Assembly (NCBI GenBank): GCA_016207165.1
Contig: JACQQD010000005.1
Span: forward strand, 98,736 to 162,735
DNA length: 64,000 bases
Source of the DNA: Candidatus Micrarchaeota archaeon
GTDB taxonomy: Archaea; Micrarchaeota; Micrarchaeia; Norongarragalinales; Norongarragalinaceae
Direction: 5' to 3'
The first letter of the stretch is position 1; every line of letters starts with the position of its first letter. Shown here in pieces: positions 1-9,465 of the stretch. The notes under the pieces are model-generated. The model worked only from the letters and a program-made list of their open reading frames with translations, was not told where the DNA came from and did not search any database. The translations under genes were made by a program, and so were the position numbers.

Positions 1-220
1 CCTGCGGAAAGGCGGTTACCGCACGCCCAAAAGCGTGTTGATTGTTTACGCCAAAGACCAAGGCATTCACAAAGCCGCAAGAAACCTGCCCGGTGTGGAC
101 GTGGTTTCCGTCAAGGAGCTCAACGCGGAATTGTTGGCTCCCGGCGGTCAAGCCGGCCGGCTGATTGTCTGGACGCAAGACGCCTTGGATGAATTGCAGC
201 AGGCGAAACTCTTCGAGTGA
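1..220 (+). CDS. rpl4: 50S ribosomal protein uL4 (L4), C-terminal fragment running off the window start
   Basis: ORF tail ...[29 protein letters not shown]...[12 protein letters not shown] resembles the uL4 C-terminus; followed by L23-L2-S19 in canonical order. Confidence 0.85.
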   Translation, partial: LRKGGYRTPKSVLIVYAKDQGIHKAARNLPGVDVVSVKELNAELLAPGGQAGRLIVWTQDALDELQQAKLFE

Positions 221-474
221 TTTGCATGGCCGTGAAATACGCATTGACGACGGAAAAGGCGGTGGCCCGCATCGACAAAGACAACGAGTTGGTCTTCGTC
301 GTGGACGAGAAGGCCACCAAGCCGGAAATCAAAAGCGAACTGGAGGCGTCCTATCAGGAGAAAATCCGTTCGGTCCGCACCCTCCACGACATGCACGGAA
401 AAAAGAAGGCCATTGTGTTGTTTGAACGAAAAGGCGCGGCCGCGGACTTGGCCGCCAAACTCAAAGTGATTTAG
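217..474 (+). CDS. rpl23: 50S ribosomal protein uL23 (L23)
   Basis: 85 aa, ...[10 protein letters not shown]...[15 protein letters not shown]...; canonical position; ATGA overlap with L4 stop. Confidence 0.9.
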   Translation: MICMAVKYALTTEKAVARIDKDNELVFVVDEKATKPEIKSELEASYQEKIRSVRTLHDMHGKKKAIVLFERKGAAADLAAKLKVI

Positions 475-476
475 AC

Positions 477-1214
477 ATGGGCACACGCTTGATTCCCCAA
501 CGCCGAGGCAAGGGCGGTCCGACGTTCCGCACCCCCAAGCACCGCTTCTTTGGCGCCGCCCAGTACCTCGCCCCCACGCCAGAAACGCTCAACGGCGAAG
601 TCATCGGTCTTTTGTCCAGTCCCGCGCATTCCGCGGTCATGGCCGACGTCTTGCTGGAAAACGGCGGGCGCATGGCGTATTTGGCTCCCGAAGGCCTGCG
701 CAAAGGCGCCTTGGTTTCCGTGGGCCCGCAGGCGAAAATCCAAGTCGGTAACGTGCTTCCCATTGGACAAATTCCCGAAGGCGTGTACGTCTTCAACGTG
801 GAACTCATGCCGGGCGATGGGGGCCGCATGACGCGCGCCTCGGGTTCTTCGGCTCTGGTGGTGGGTCACGACGAGGACACCGGTCAAACGGTGGTCCGGT
901 TGTCGTCCAAGCGCCTCAAGACGCTCTCTCCGGAGTGCCGCGCCACCATCGGCGTTTCCAGCGCTGGGGGCCGAAAGGAAAAGCCCTTCCAGAAAGCGGG
1001 CAATCATTTTTATGCCATGAAGGCGCGAAACAAGTACTGGCCCATTGTGCGGGGAACGGCCAAGAGCGCGTACGACCACCCCCATGGTGGCCGAAGCTTT
1101 GGCAAGTCTTCGTCCGTAGCCCGCAACACGCCGCCGGGCCGCAAAGTCGGCCACATCGCTTCCCGGCGCACGGGACGGCGGCGCGGACGCATTCGCGTAC
1201 AACAGGATGAATAG
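477..1214 (+). CDS. rpl2: 50S ribosomal protein uL2 (L2)
   Basis: 245 aa, MGTRLIPQRRGKGGPTFR...GGRSFGKSS...; uL2 signature. Confidence 0.95.
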   Translation: MGTRLIPQRRGKGGPTFRTPKHRFFGAAQYLAPTPETLNGEVIGLLSSPAHSAVMADVLLENGGRMAYLAPEGLRKGALVSVGPQAKIQVGNVLPIGQIPEGVYVFNVELMPGDGGRMTRASGSSALVVGHDEDTGQTVVRLSSKRLKTLSPECRATIGVSSAGGRKEKPFQKAGNHFYAMKARNKYWPIVRGTAKSAYDHPHGGRSFGKSSSVARNTPPGRKVGHIASRRTGRRRGRIRVQQDE

Positions 1215-1216
1215 TT

Positions 1217-1603
1217 ATGGTTCGAGTCACCACATACCACGGTAAAAACCTGGAACAGCTCCAGGCGCTCTCCTTGGAGGAGTTCGTCGAGCTGTTGCCT
1301 TCCAAGCCGAAGCGCACCATGAAGCGCATGGGCATGCAAGCCAAGCGGTTCCTCAAGTCATTCCGCAAGAAATCCAAGAAGAAGGCGCCCATCAAGACGC
1401 ACTTCCGCGACATGGTCGTCTTGCCGGAGATGGTGGGCCACCGCTTCCAAGTCTACAACGGGAAACAGTACGTCGACGTGTCCGTGGAATTGGCCATGCT
1501 GGGCCACCGCCTCGGCGAGTTTTCCAACCCCGTGCAGATGGTCAAGCACTCCGGTCCGGGCATCGGCGCCACGCGCGGAAGCAAGGCCGTGGAACTGAAG
1601 TGA
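1217..1603 (+). CDS. rps19: 30S ribosomal protein uS19 (S19)
   Basis: 128 aa, ...HFRDMVVLPEMVGHRFQVYNGKQYVDV...; canonical S19 motif. Confidence 0.95.
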   Translation: MVRVTTYHGKNLEQLQALSLEEFVELLPSKPKRTMKRMGMQAKRFLKSFRKKSKKKAPIKTHFRDMVVLPEMVGHRFQVYNGKQYVDVSVELAMLGHRLGEFSNPVQMVKHSGPGIGATRGSKAVELK

Positions 1604-1610
1604 TTTTTGA

Positions 1611-2306
1611 ATGGGTTTGTACAAGTATTCATTGAAGCCCGCCGCCGCGGTTGGAAAAGCCCAAGGCCATGATTGGGACGCGTCCTACAAGGACCTTACC
1701 CAGGTCTGCCGGGCCATCCGGGGCTTGCCGGTCAAGAAAGCCTTCCATGTCATGCAAGACGCCATCAACCAAACGCGTGCCATTCAATACGTGCGTTTTG
1801 CCAAGGGCGCCGGCCACCGCTCCAACCTCGGCGGAAAACAGGGACGCTACCCCAAGAAGGAATGCCGTCTCATGACCAAACTCCTTCGAAACGCCGTGAA
1901 CAACGCCGTCCAAAACGGGCTGGACGAATCCTCCTTGGTGGTAAAACACGCGTCGGCCAACAAGCAGAACGTTTTTCGAAGATACCGCCAATTCTGGGTC
2001 TCCGGCACGGTGCTGGGCTACGGCAAGCACGCGACGTGGGCCAACTACGTCACCGCCCGAGCCGAAATCGTGTTGCGCGGAAAGACGGCGTCTGAAGAAA
2101 AAACGGAGAAGCCAAAGAAAGCCAAAACCAAGAAAGCCACGGAGAAACAATCCGAACCCAGGGCATCCCCGGAAAAAAACGTTCAGGACGCCGAGGAAAA
2201 AACCGGTTCCAAACCCGAAAAATCCGCCAAGCCCCAAACCCAAAAACCGCCGTCCAAGATTGAAACTCCCGCTTTTCAAGAGAACGTCGCGGAAGAAAAG
2301 AAGTGA
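1611..2306 (+). CDS. rpl22: 50S ribosomal protein uL22 (L22) with long Lys/Glu-rich C-terminal extension
   Basis: N-terminal 150 aa match uL22 (...GRYPKKECRLMTKLLRNAVNNAVQNGLD...); C-terminal ~80 aa low-complexity KKAKTKKATEK... Confidence 0.9.
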   Translation: MGLYKYSLKPAAAVGKAQGHDWDASYKDLTQVCRAIRGLPVKKAFHVMQDAINQTRAIQYVRFAKGAGHRSNLGGKQGRYPKKECRLMTKLLRNAVNNAVQNGLDESSLVVKHASANKQNVFRRYRQFWVSGTVLGYGKHATWANYVTARAEIVLRGKTASEEKTEKPKKAKTKKATEKQSEPRASPEKNVQDAEEKTGSKPEKSAKPQTQKPPSKIETPAFQENVAEEKK

Positions 2307-2312
2307 CACGAA

Positions 2313-3137
2313 ATGGCCATTGAAAAGAAATTCATCCAACAAGCGCTGGCCGACCTCCAGATCAAGACCCTGCTGAACAAGGAATTGGACAAGGCGGGCG
2401 TCTCGGAAATTCTCATCCAAAAAACGCCGATTGCCACCCGCATCACCGTACGCGTGCGTCGGCCGGGCCTCGTGGTGGGAAAGAAAGGAAAAGCCATCAA
2501 GGAACTCTGTGAACTGCTGGAGCGCCGCTTTGCCATCGAGAACCCGCAGTTTGAAGTCATTGAAGTGGCGCAACCCAGTTTGGACGCCCGGCTGATGGCC
2601 GAAAAAATCGGCCGCCGCCTGGAAATGCGTCCCAACGCCAAGCCCATCATGCGCATGGCCTTGAGAGAAATCATGGACGCTGGCGCCTTGGGCGCCGAGC
2701 TGCAGGCCGCCGGAAAAATCGTGGGCAAAGGCGGCAAAGCCAAGACGTTGCGCATGCGCGCCGGTTACCTCAAAAAGTCCGGTGAGCCTACCAAATGGGT
2801 GCGCAAAGGCCACTTCGTCGCGTACCTGAAGGCCGGGGCGGTGGGCATCAGCGTCAAAATCGTGCCCCCCGACGCCGTGTTTCCCGACTCCATCAAAATT
2901 CCCGCGACCATCCCCGAAAAAGTGCCGGTTCAACCCGTGGAAGAAACCGTGGCCGCCGAAGCCAACGCGGTTGACGCCCTCGAGGCAAAGCCGGACGCCG
3001 AGGAAAAACCCAAGAAAACCCGCAAGGCGCCCAAACCCAAGAAACAAAAAGCGCTGGAGCCTGCCGAAGCAGCCGTCCCCGTTCCGCCTGCTTCAGATTC
3101 CCAATCGCCTGTCAGCGAAGAAAAAATCGGTGAATGA
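2313..3137 (+). CDS. rps3: 30S ribosomal protein uS3 (S3), KH domain, Pro/Lys-rich C-terminal tail
   Basis: 274 aa; KH motif ...VRRPGLVVGKKGKAIKEL...; tail EEKPKKTRKAPKPKKQK. Confidence 0.93.
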   Translation: MAIEKKFIQQALADLQIKTLLNKELDKAGVSEILIQKTPIATRITVRVRRPGLVVGKKGKAIKELCELLERRFAIENPQFEVIEVAQPSLDARLMAEKIGRRLEMRPNAKPIMRMALREIMDAGALGAELQAAGKIVGKGGKAKTLRMRAGYLKKSGEPTKWVRKGHFVAYLKAGAVGISVKIVPPDAVFPDSIKIPATIPEKVPVQPVEETVAAEANAVDALEAKPDAEEKPKKTRKAPKPKKQKALEPAEAAVPVPPASDSQSPVSEEKIGE

Positions 3138-3391
3138 CCATGGCACTGATTTCCAAGAAGAAGCTCAAGGACATGACGGTGGACGACTTGAAGGCGGAGC
3201 TTTTGAAGGTCCGCTCCGAGTACCGCGTCGAATCCGGGTCGCGCGCGACCACGGGCAAACCCAACAACCCCGGACGCTACAAACAATTGCGGCGCCTCAA
3301 CGCGCGGCTGTTGACCCTGTTGAGGCAAAAAGGCGTAAAAATTGGAACCGAAGGCCGAACGGCGTCGACGGAGCGCTCAGAAGCTATTTAA
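3134..3391 (+). CDS. rpl29: 50S ribosomal protein uL29 (L29)
   Basis: 85 aa, ...MTVDDLKAELLKVRSEYR...; ATGA overlap with S3. Confidence 0.9.
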   Translation: MTMALISKKKLKDMTVDDLKAELLKVRSEYRVESGSRATTGKPNNPGRYKQLRRLNARLLTLLRQKGVKIGTEGRTASTERSEAI

Positions 3392-3445
3392 ACCGAAGGC
3401 GGTAGAATGTACTTCCGCGAAAACGAGGATTGAATTCAAAAACAA

Positions 3446-3748
3446 ATGTCAGAGATTTGTCCGACGTGTGGCTTGCCCAAGGAAATCTGCGCCTGCCAGA
3501 CGATCGAAAAGCAAACGACAACCAAAATCAAGGTGTACACCACCAAGAAGCGTTTCAACAAGTTGGTCACCATGGTGGAAGGCCTCCAAGGTGAAGAGCT
3601 GGACGTGGCCGCCAAGGAGCTGAAACGCAAATTGGCGTGCGGCGGAAACGCAAAAGACGGCGTGGTCGTCTTGCAGGGAGATCACCTGAAAAAGACCATA
3701 GAGTACCTGGTGAAACTGGGTTACCCCCGGGACATCATCAAAACGTAA
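3446..3748 (+). CDS. sui1: translation initiation factor SUI1 (aSUI1/eIF1 family)
   Basis: 100 aa; N-terminal CPTCGLPKEICAC zinc ribbon plus SUI1 fold ...KRFNKLVTMVEGL...GGNAKDGVVVLQGDH...; sits at the L29/S17 junction as in many archaea. Confidence 0.85.
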   Translation: MSEICPTCGLPKEICACQTIEKQTTTKIKVYTTKKRFNKLVTMVEGLQGEELDVAAKELKRKLACGGNAKDGVVVLQGDHLKKTIEYLVKLGYPRDIIKT

Positions 3749-3842
3749 GCGGGATTGTTTGCCTGCGCGGGCGTGAAAGCGAAAAGAAAAAGCATTTTCG
3801 CATAACGCGCCGCCCGCAAGAAGCCCGCAACAAAAAAAGTGC

Positions 3843-3851
3843 GCATCGCGC
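3843..3851 (+). promoter_or_regulatory. putative TATA-like element (attaaaaac) about 25 nt upstream of the rps17 start; internal promoter, leaderless transcript
   Basis: 125-nt spacer between sui1 and rps17 with A/T box at archaeal TATA spacing. Confidence 0.3.
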
Positions 3852-3874
3852 ATTAAAAACGAACAGAATGAACC

Positions 3875-4144
3875 ATGTCTGAAAAACAAAAGCAGCCCCT
3901 CCGCATCCGGGGCGCCATCGTCGAAGGCGTCGTGGTCAGCACCCGCCCCAAGAAAACCGCCATCATCCAAATCGCGTACACCAAATCCGTTCCCAAGTAC
4001 GAGCGCCTCGAAAAACGCAAATCCCGCATCGCCGTCCACGTGCCGGACGGCATGAACGTGCAGGTCGGCCAACGCGTGCAGGCCGGCGAAACCCGCAAAA
4101 TCAGCAAGACCAAGTCGTTCTTGCTGATCAAAGTATTGCCATGA
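3875..4144 (+). CDS. rps17: 30S ribosomal protein uS17 (S17)
   Basis: 89 aa, ...GVVVSTRPKKTAIIQIAYTK... Confidence 0.9.
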   Translation: MSEKQKQPLRIRGAIVEGVVVSTRPKKTAIIQIAYTKSVPKYERLEKRKSRIAVHVPDGMNVQVGQRVQAGETRKISKTKSFLLIKVLP

Positions 4145-4148
4145 GTGT

Positions 4149-4550
4149 TTGAACATGCTTGGACTCTCCGCGAAAATCACCAAGGGCATCATCACCGGCA
4201 CCCGGCTTTGGTGCGACGACAACTCGGGCGCCAAGATCGTGCAAGTCATCGGCGTCAAGGGCTTCCGCGCCCGCCTTCGAAGGTACCCGCGGGCCGGCGT
4301 CGGCGACATCGTGTTTGTCTCCGTCAAGAAAGGCAAGCCTGACATCATCAAGAAAAAAGAAAAGGCCGTTATCATCCGCCAACGCCGCGAGTTCCGCCGC
4401 GGCACGCAGCGCGTCAAGTTCGAGGACAACGCGTGTATTTTAATCGACGACGCGGGCCTGCCCAAGGGCACGGAAATCAAGGGCTGTGTTGCCAGAGAAA
4501 TCGCGGACCGCTTCCCCAAAGTCGTCGGCATCGCCTCCAGCGTGGTCTAA
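4149..4550 (+). CDS. rpl14: 50S ribosomal protein uL14 (L14)
   Basis: 133 aa, ...CDDNSGAKIVQVIGVKG...DIVFVSVKKG... Confidence 0.95.
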   Translation: MNMLGLSAKITKGIITGTRLWCDDNSGAKIVQVIGVKGFRARLRRYPRAGVGDIVFVSVKKGKPDIIKKKEKAVIIRQRREFRRGTQRVKFEDNACILIDDAGLPKGTEIKGCVAREIADRFPKVVGIASSVV

Positions 4551-4877
4551 ATGTCAAGCCAACCAAGAAAACAGCGAAAAGCGTTGTATACCGCTTCCCT
4601 CCACCAACGCCAAGCCATGGTGCACGCGCACCTAAGCCGGGACTTGCGCGCCCAAAAGAAAAAACGGGCGCTGCCGGTTCGAAAAGGGGACACCGTCAAA
4701 GTCGTGCGCGGCAAGTTCCGCGGACGCAGCGGGAAAGTCACGCACGTCAACCTCAAGAAGACGTTCATCTCCGTTGAAGGCATGGTCCTCAAGAAGCAAT
4801 CCGGCAAGGAAGTGCTTGCCAAGATTCACCCGTCCAACCTCGTCATCACCGCGCTCTCGGAGCGAAAAGGAGAATAA
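4551..4877 (+). CDS. rpl24: 50S ribosomal protein uL24 (L24), KOW
   Basis: 108 aa, ...VRKGDTVKVVRGKFRGRSGKV... Confidence 0.9.
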   Translation: MSSQPRKQRKALYTASLHQRQAMVHAHLSRDLRAQKKKRALPVRKGDTVKVVRGKFRGRSGKVTHVNLKKTFISVEGMVLKKQSGKEVLAKIHPSNLVITALSERKGE

Positions 4878-4883
4878 TTACTT

Positions 4884-5597
4884 ATGGCATCCCATGGATC
4901 AAGCCGACACGTCAAGCGCCTCAACGCCCCCAACGCCGCCGGCATTGCCCGCAAGTCCTCCAAATGGTTCAGGAAGCCGGACGCTGGCGCGCACAACGCC
5001 CGCGAGTCGCTGAGCCTGGGCACTTTATTGGTGGAACGCCTGCGCGTCTGCGAGAACCAACGCGAAGCCAAGAAGCTCTGCGGCGCAGGCCTGGTGCGGG
5101 TGGACGGCCGGCCCGTGAAAAAGCCTTCCTTTTCCGTCGGCCTCATGGACATCATCTCGATTCCCAAGCTTTCCCTGAACGTCGTCTTGGTTTTCAAGCA
5201 CGACGTTCTGCAACCCCTGCCCCTGGATTCAAAGCATGCGGCGACGAAGCTCTGCCGCGTCGTGGGCAAAACCAAGGTTTTGGGAGGCCAAGTCCAGTTG
5301 GGCTTGCATGACGGACGCACGCTTTTAGTCCCGCCAACCGACGCCAGCATCTCGCCCGGCGACACCCTCCAGGTCTCGGTTCCCAACCAGAAAATTCAAG
5401 GCGTGCTGAAACTGGTCAAAGGCGCCACGGCCTTGGTGGTCCGCGGACGCCACGCCGGACAAGTCGCCTCCGTGGAAGAACTCATGCCTCAAATGGGCAA
5501 AAAGAAACCCGAAGCCAAGCTGACGGCCAACGGCGAGTCCCTCATCACGCTGAAGGACTACGTGTTCGTGGTCCAACCCGGGTTCTCGGTGACCTAA
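4884..5597 (+). CDS. rps4e: 30S ribosomal protein eS4 (S4e)
   Basis: 237 aa, MASHGSSRHVKRLNAP...; archaea/eukaryote-specific. Confidence 0.9.
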   Translation: MASHGSSRHVKRLNAPNAAGIARKSSKWFRKPDAGAHNARESLSLGTLLVERLRVCENQREAKKLCGAGLVRVDGRPVKKPSFSVGLMDIISIPKLSLNVVLVFKHDVLQPLPLDSKHAATKLCRVVGKTKVLGGQVQLGLHDGRTLLVPPTDASISPGDTLQVSVPNQKIQGVLKLVKGATALVVRGRHAGQVASVEELMPQMGKKKPEAKLTANGESLITLKDYVFVVQPGFSVT

Positions 5598-5601
5598 ATT
5601 C

Positions 5602-6099
5602 ATGAAGCACGTCCACCTCGAAAAAGTCACGGTCAACATCGGCGTCGGCCAAGGCGGACAGGCCTTGGAGAACGCGCGCGAGCTGTTGACGCGCCTGACG
5701 CAGCGCAAGCCCGCCAACACCTTGTCCCGCACCCGCAACCCCACGTTCGGGCTGCGGAAAGGAGAGGCCATCGGCGCCAAGGTCACGCTGCGCGGAAAAC
5801 CCGCCGCCGAATTCATCAAAAAAGCATTGACGGCCCGGGAGCAGACCATCAAGGCCACCAGTTTTGACTCGACCGGCAACGTCTCGTTTGGCGTTCCCGA
5901 ATACATTGATTTTCCGGGCATGAAGTACGACCCGGCCATCGGCATTATCGGCTTTGACGTGTGCGTGACGCTCTCCAAGCCCGGTTTGCGCGTCAAGCAC
6001 CGCAAAATCGCTTCGCGAAAACTCCCCCGAAAACAGCGCGTGACCCGGGACGAAGCCATCGCCTTCATGAAAGACCAATTCTCGGTGAACTTCGCGTGA
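5602..6099 (+). CDS. rpl5: 50S ribosomal protein uL5 (L5)
   Basis: 165 aa, ...[11 protein letters not shown]...[19 protein letters not shown]... Confidence 0.93.
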   Translation: MKHVHLEKVTVNIGVGQGGQALENARELLTRLTQRKPANTLSRTRNPTFGLRKGEAIGAKVTLRGKPAAEFIKKALTAREQTIKATSFDSTGNVSFGVPEYIDFPGMKYDPAIGIIGFDVCVTLSKPGLRVKHRKIASRKLPRKQRVTRDEAIAFMKDQFSVNFA

Positions 6100-6254
6100 G
6101 CCTGAAACTGGAAACCAAGTACAAAAAGCGCATCATGCGCCGATGCCGTTTCTGCGGTGGCACCAAGGGCCTTATCCGGAAATACGGCCTCTACGTGTGC
6201 CGCAAGTGTTTCCGCGAACGCGCCGAGGAAATCGGATTCAAGAAATACTCGTGA
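6096..6254 (+). CDS. rps14: 30S ribosomal protein uS14 type Z (zinc-binding), GTG start overlapping the rpl5 stop
   Basis: 52 aa [52 protein letters not shown]; CxxC...CxxC. Confidence 0.85.
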   Translation: MSLKLETKYKKRIMRRCRFCGGTKGLIRKYGLYVCRKCFRERAEEIGFKKYS

Positions 6255-6260
6255 GATTGC

Positions 6261-6644
6261 ATGGATTTGCTGGCTAACGCATTGAACCAAATCAAGATTG
6301 CCGAACGAAAGGGACTGCGCACGGTACGCATCGAGCCCACCAACAAACTGGTGCGCGACGTTCTCAACGTGCTGAAAAGCGCGGGCTACATTGCCGACGC
6401 CGAGTTTAGCGACGACGCGCGCGGCGGCCGCTTCGTCGTCACGCTCAACGGCGCGATTAACGAATGCGGCGTCATCAAACCGCGTTTCCCCGTTGGGAAA
6501 AAGACGTGGGAAAAATTCGAGCAGCGCTTCTTGCCCTCCAAGGACATCGGTGTCCTCATCGTGACTACGCCCCAAGGCGTGGTCACGCACAACGCCGCCA
6601 AGGAGAAACTCGTGGGCGGACGCCTTTTGGCGTACGCGTTTTAG
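6261..6644 (+). CDS. rps8: 30S ribosomal protein uS8 (S8)
   Basis: 127 aa, ...LANALNQIKIAERKG... Confidence 0.93.
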   Translation: MDLLANALNQIKIAERKGLRTVRIEPTNKLVRDVLNVLKSAGYIADAEFSDDARGGRFVVTLNGAINECGVIKPRFPVGKKTWEKFEQRFLPSKDIGVLIVTTPQGVVTHNAAKEKLVGGRLLAYAF

Positions 6645-6653
6645 TGAATTCTT

Positions 6654-7157
6654 ATGAAGTTACCCGACGGCGTCAACGTTTCCGTGGACCAAGGCACCAT
6701 TTCCGTCAAGGGTCCGAAAGGCCAGCTGTCGCGCGTCTTTGACCCCCAACGAATCATTGTGGACGTCCAGGGAACGGACGTGACTGTTTCGCCCAACGCC
6801 AAGAAAGCCACCCGCGAACTGAAGTCCCTGGCCGGCACTTTCCAGTCCCACATCGCCAACATGGCGCAAGGCGTGGTCCACGGCTTTGAAGTCAAACTCC
6901 AGCTGGTCTACTCGCATTTCCCCGTCAGCCTTGAAGTCAAGGGGCAGACGGTGGCCATCAAGAACTTCCTCGGGGAGAAAAACCCGCGGCACGCCAAAGT
7001 CGTTGGTTCAACCCAAGTCGACGTCAAGTCCCAGTCCATCACGGTTTCAGGCATCGACAAGGAAGCCGTGGGCCAGACGGCCGCGAACCTGATTTCCGCC
7101 ACGGGCGTCGGGCACCGGGACGAGCGCGTCTTCCAGGACGGCATTTACTACGCGTGA
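6654..7157 (+). CDS. rpl6: 50S ribosomal protein uL6 (L6)
   Basis: 167 aa; duplicated L6 alpha/beta domains. Confidence 0.9.
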   Translation: MKLPDGVNVSVDQGTISVKGPKGQLSRVFDPQRIIVDVQGTDVTVSPNAKKATRELKSLAGTFQSHIANMAQGVVHGFEVKLQLVYSHFPVSLEVKGQTVAIKNFLGEKNPRHAKVVGSTQVDVKSQSITVSGIDKEAVGQTAANLISATGVGHRDERVFQDGIYYA

Positions 7158-7158
7158 T

Positions 7159-7497
7159 TTGCATTCCATGATCAAAAAACACCCCTCATTCGTGCGGCAG
7201 AACAAGCGCTACAAAAAGCGCGTCCACGCCACCGGCTGGAGAAAACCCCGGGGCATCGACAACAAGCAACGCATTTCGCGCAAGAGCACGGGCGCGTTAC
7301 CGAAGATCGGCTACGGCGTCCCAAAAATTGAACGCCACCACCACCCCCACGCCGGAAAGGAAGTGTTGGTGCAAAACGCTTCGGATTTGTCCCGCGTGAC
7401 CACCCAAGCCGTGCGCTTTTCGGGTACCCTCGGCCGCAAGAAATACGACGCCCTCAAAAAAATCGCTGAAGAACGAAAACTCAAGGTGCTCAACTAA
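7159..7497 (+). CDS. rpl32e: 50S ribosomal protein eL32 (L32e)
   Basis: 112 aa, ...HPSFVRQNKRYKKRVHATGWRKPRGIDNK... Confidence 0.9.
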   Translation: MHSMIKKHPSFVRQNKRYKKRVHATGWRKPRGIDNKQRISRKSTGALPKIGYGVPKIERHHHPHAGKEVLVQNASDLSRVTTQAVRFSGTLGRKKYDALKKIAEERKLKVLN

Positions 7498-7501
7498 AAC
7501 C

Positions 7502-7939
7502 ATGTCCATGCAAACCGTCCGCCGCATCGCCTCCCGCCTCTTGGGCGTCGGAAAGAGCCGCATCCGCATCTTGGACGAGGAAAAAGCCCAAAAAGCCATC
7601 ACGTCCGACGACGTGCGCGACCTTTTCTCCCAAGGCGCGTTGGTGGTCGTACCCGCGAAAGCCAACAGCCGCGCCAAAGCCCGCTTCAAGCAATCCCGCA
7701 AAGTCGCCGGACGCCGCCGCGGACCCGGATCCACGCGCGGCGCGTACTACGCCAAACATCCCCGAAAGACGCGCTGGATGGCGCAAGTCCGCTCCCAGCG
7801 CGCGTTTCTCTCTGCCGTGAAAGGCCAACTCAAGGACGGCGCGTACGCCCAACTCTACCGGAAAGTCAAAGGCAACGCCTTCCGAAGCCGTAAAATCCTC
7901 AAGCAACACATCGATGAAAACAAGTTGTGGGCATCATGA
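7502..7939 (+). CDS. rpl19e: 50S ribosomal protein eL19 (L19e)
   Basis: 145 aa, MSMQTVRRIASRLLGVGKSRIRILDEE... Confidence 0.9.
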   Translation: MSMQTVRRIASRLLGVGKSRIRILDEEKAQKAITSDDVRDLFSQGALVVVPAKANSRAKARFKQSRKVAGRRRGPGSTRGAYYAKHPRKTRWMAQVRSQRAFLSAVKGQLKDGAYAQLYRKVKGNAFRSRKILKQHIDENKLWAS

Positions 7940-8439
7940 CGAAAGCAACCGGACCCCTGTTCCAAGTGCATTTCCGCCGCCGCCGCGAGGGCCGCACCGA
8001 CTACCAAAAAAGGCTCGCGCTTTTGAAAAGCGGCAAGCCCAGGTTGGTGGTGCGCAAGACGAACCGTTACGTCATCGTCCAGCTCGTCACGTTTTCGCCG
8101 CAAGGCGACCGCGTCATCGCGTCCGCCACGTCCAAGGACCTCAACGCATTTAACTTCACCGGGAAATGCAACACGCCGTCGGCGTACCTGACCGGACTCT
8201 TGGTTGGAACCCGCGCCAAGGCCAAGGGCGTCAAGGACTTCGTGCTGGACATCGGCCTTCACGCCCCCACGCAGGGAAGCCTGGTTTTCGCCGGCCTCAA
8301 GGGCGCCGTGGACGCCGGCCTGACGGCGCCGCACTCCAACGAGCGCTTCCCGGATGAAGCACGCATGAACGGCGAACACATTCAACTCAAGGAAGCCGTT
8401 TTAAGCGCGAAGCAAAAGATTCTAGGCGGTGCAACATGA
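7936..8439 (+). CDS. rpl18: 50S ribosomal protein uL18 (L18); ATG 7936 (ATGA overlap with rpl19e) preferred over upstream ATG 7927
   Basis: MTKATGPLFQVHFRRRREGRTDYQKRLALLKSGKPRLVVRKTNRYVIVQLV... Confidence 0.9.
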   Translation: MTKATGPLFQVHFRRRREGRTDYQKRLALLKSGKPRLVVRKTNRYVIVQLVTFSPQGDRVIASATSKDLNAFNFTGKCNTPSAYLTGLLVGTRAKAKGVKDFVLDIGLHAPTQGSLVFAGLKGAVDAGLTAPHSNERFPDEARMNGEHIQLKEAVLSAKQKILGGAT

Positions 8440-9104
8440 AATTCCGCGGCCGATTCGGCAAAGAACAACGAAAAAAAGACGACAAGCACTTGGAGTCCTG
8501 GGTGCCCAAAACCAGCCTCGGAAAGAGCGTGCGCGCCGGCGAAATCAATTCGTATGACGCGCTCTTGGCCACACAAAAACCCATTCTCGAACCGGAAATC
8601 ATCGATGTCCTGCTTCCCGACCTCATCGAGGACGTCCTGGAAATCCGCAGCACCCAACGCATGACGTCCTACGGCCGCAAACAACAAATGCGTGCCGTGG
8701 TCCTCGTCGGCAACAAGAAAGGAGTGTTGGGCGTCGGCATCGGCAAAGCCGCGGAAGTGCGCGACGCGATTGCCGAAGGCGTCAAGGACGCCAAAAAACA
8801 CTTGATTTGCGTGCCGTTTGGCTCCGGGTCCTGGGAAGACATTGCCGGACTTCAAAATTCGCTGCCCACGCAAGTCATTGGCAAAAGCGGCTCGACGACC
8901 ATCGTCATCAAGCCCGCGCCCCGCGGCGTGGGACTGGTGGCCGGAAAAGTCTCCAAGCAAGTCCTGGAGTTGGCCGGACTCAAGGACGCGTGGACGTTCA
9001 CCAAGGGCCGCACCCGAAACGTGTTGAACGTCGTGTTGGCGACCATGGACGCCCTGGATACGCTCAACCACCAAAAGAAAGGCGTGAAAGTCTCGGCATC
9101 CTGA
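8436..9104 (+). CDS. rps5: 30S ribosomal protein uS5 (S5)
   Basis: 222 aa, ...VVLVGNKKGVLGVGIGKAAEVRDAI... Confidence 0.93.
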   Translation: MKFRGRFGKEQRKKDDKHLESWVPKTSLGKSVRAGEINSYDALLATQKPILEPEIIDVLLPDLIEDVLEIRSTQRMTSYGRKQQMRAVVLVGNKKGVLGVGIGKAAEVRDAIAEGVKDAKKHLICVPFGSGSWEDIAGLQNSLPTQVIGKSGSTTIVIKPAPRGVGLVAGKVSKQVLELAGLKDAWTFTKGRTRNVLNVVLATMDALDTLNHQKKGVKVSAS

Positions 9105-9114
9105 AAGAGCAAAC

Positions 9115-9459
9115 GTGATTCATTCCATGTTGGTTTTGGTACTGGTTCGCGGACTGCGCAACGTGCGCATGCCCGTCAAAGACGCCTTGGCGCAATTGGG
9201 TTTGACGCGCCGCTACCACGCGGTACTGGTTGACGACTCCCAAAACGTCCAAGGCATTCTTAAGAAAGCCGAGCACCTCGTGGCCTGGGGCCCGGCTTCC
9301 GAAAAGACGGTTTCCGCATTGAAAAACAAGGGCCTTGCCCCGTACCGCTTGCACGCGCCCAAAAACGGTTTGCCGCCCGTCAAGCGCCGCTTCCCCCATG
9401 GCGCGTACGGCAACTGGAGCGAAGGCATCAACGCCCTGATTGAAGGCATGGTGGCATAA
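9115..9459 (+). CDS. rpl30: 50S ribosomal protein uL30 (L30)
   Basis: 114 aa, ...LVLVRGLRNVRMPVKDALAQLGLTRRYHAVLV... Confidence 0.88.
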   Translation: MIHSMLVLVLVRGLRNVRMPVKDALAQLGLTRRYHAVLVDDSQNVQGILKKAEHLVAWGPASEKTVSALKNKGLAPYRLHAPKNGLPPVKRRFPHGAYGNWSEGINALIEGMVA

Positions 9460-9465
9460 CGATTT

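Noticed and set aside
1629-3047. 472-aa minus-strand ORF antisense to rpl22/rps3 (and similar long antisense ORFs 3449..4531, 5325..6590, 43097..45058, 45604..47100, 36803..38128, 58592..60331)
   Set aside because: Typical stop-poor antisense frames of high-GC coding DNA; the plus-strand genes are unambiguous conserved r-protein/RNAP genes
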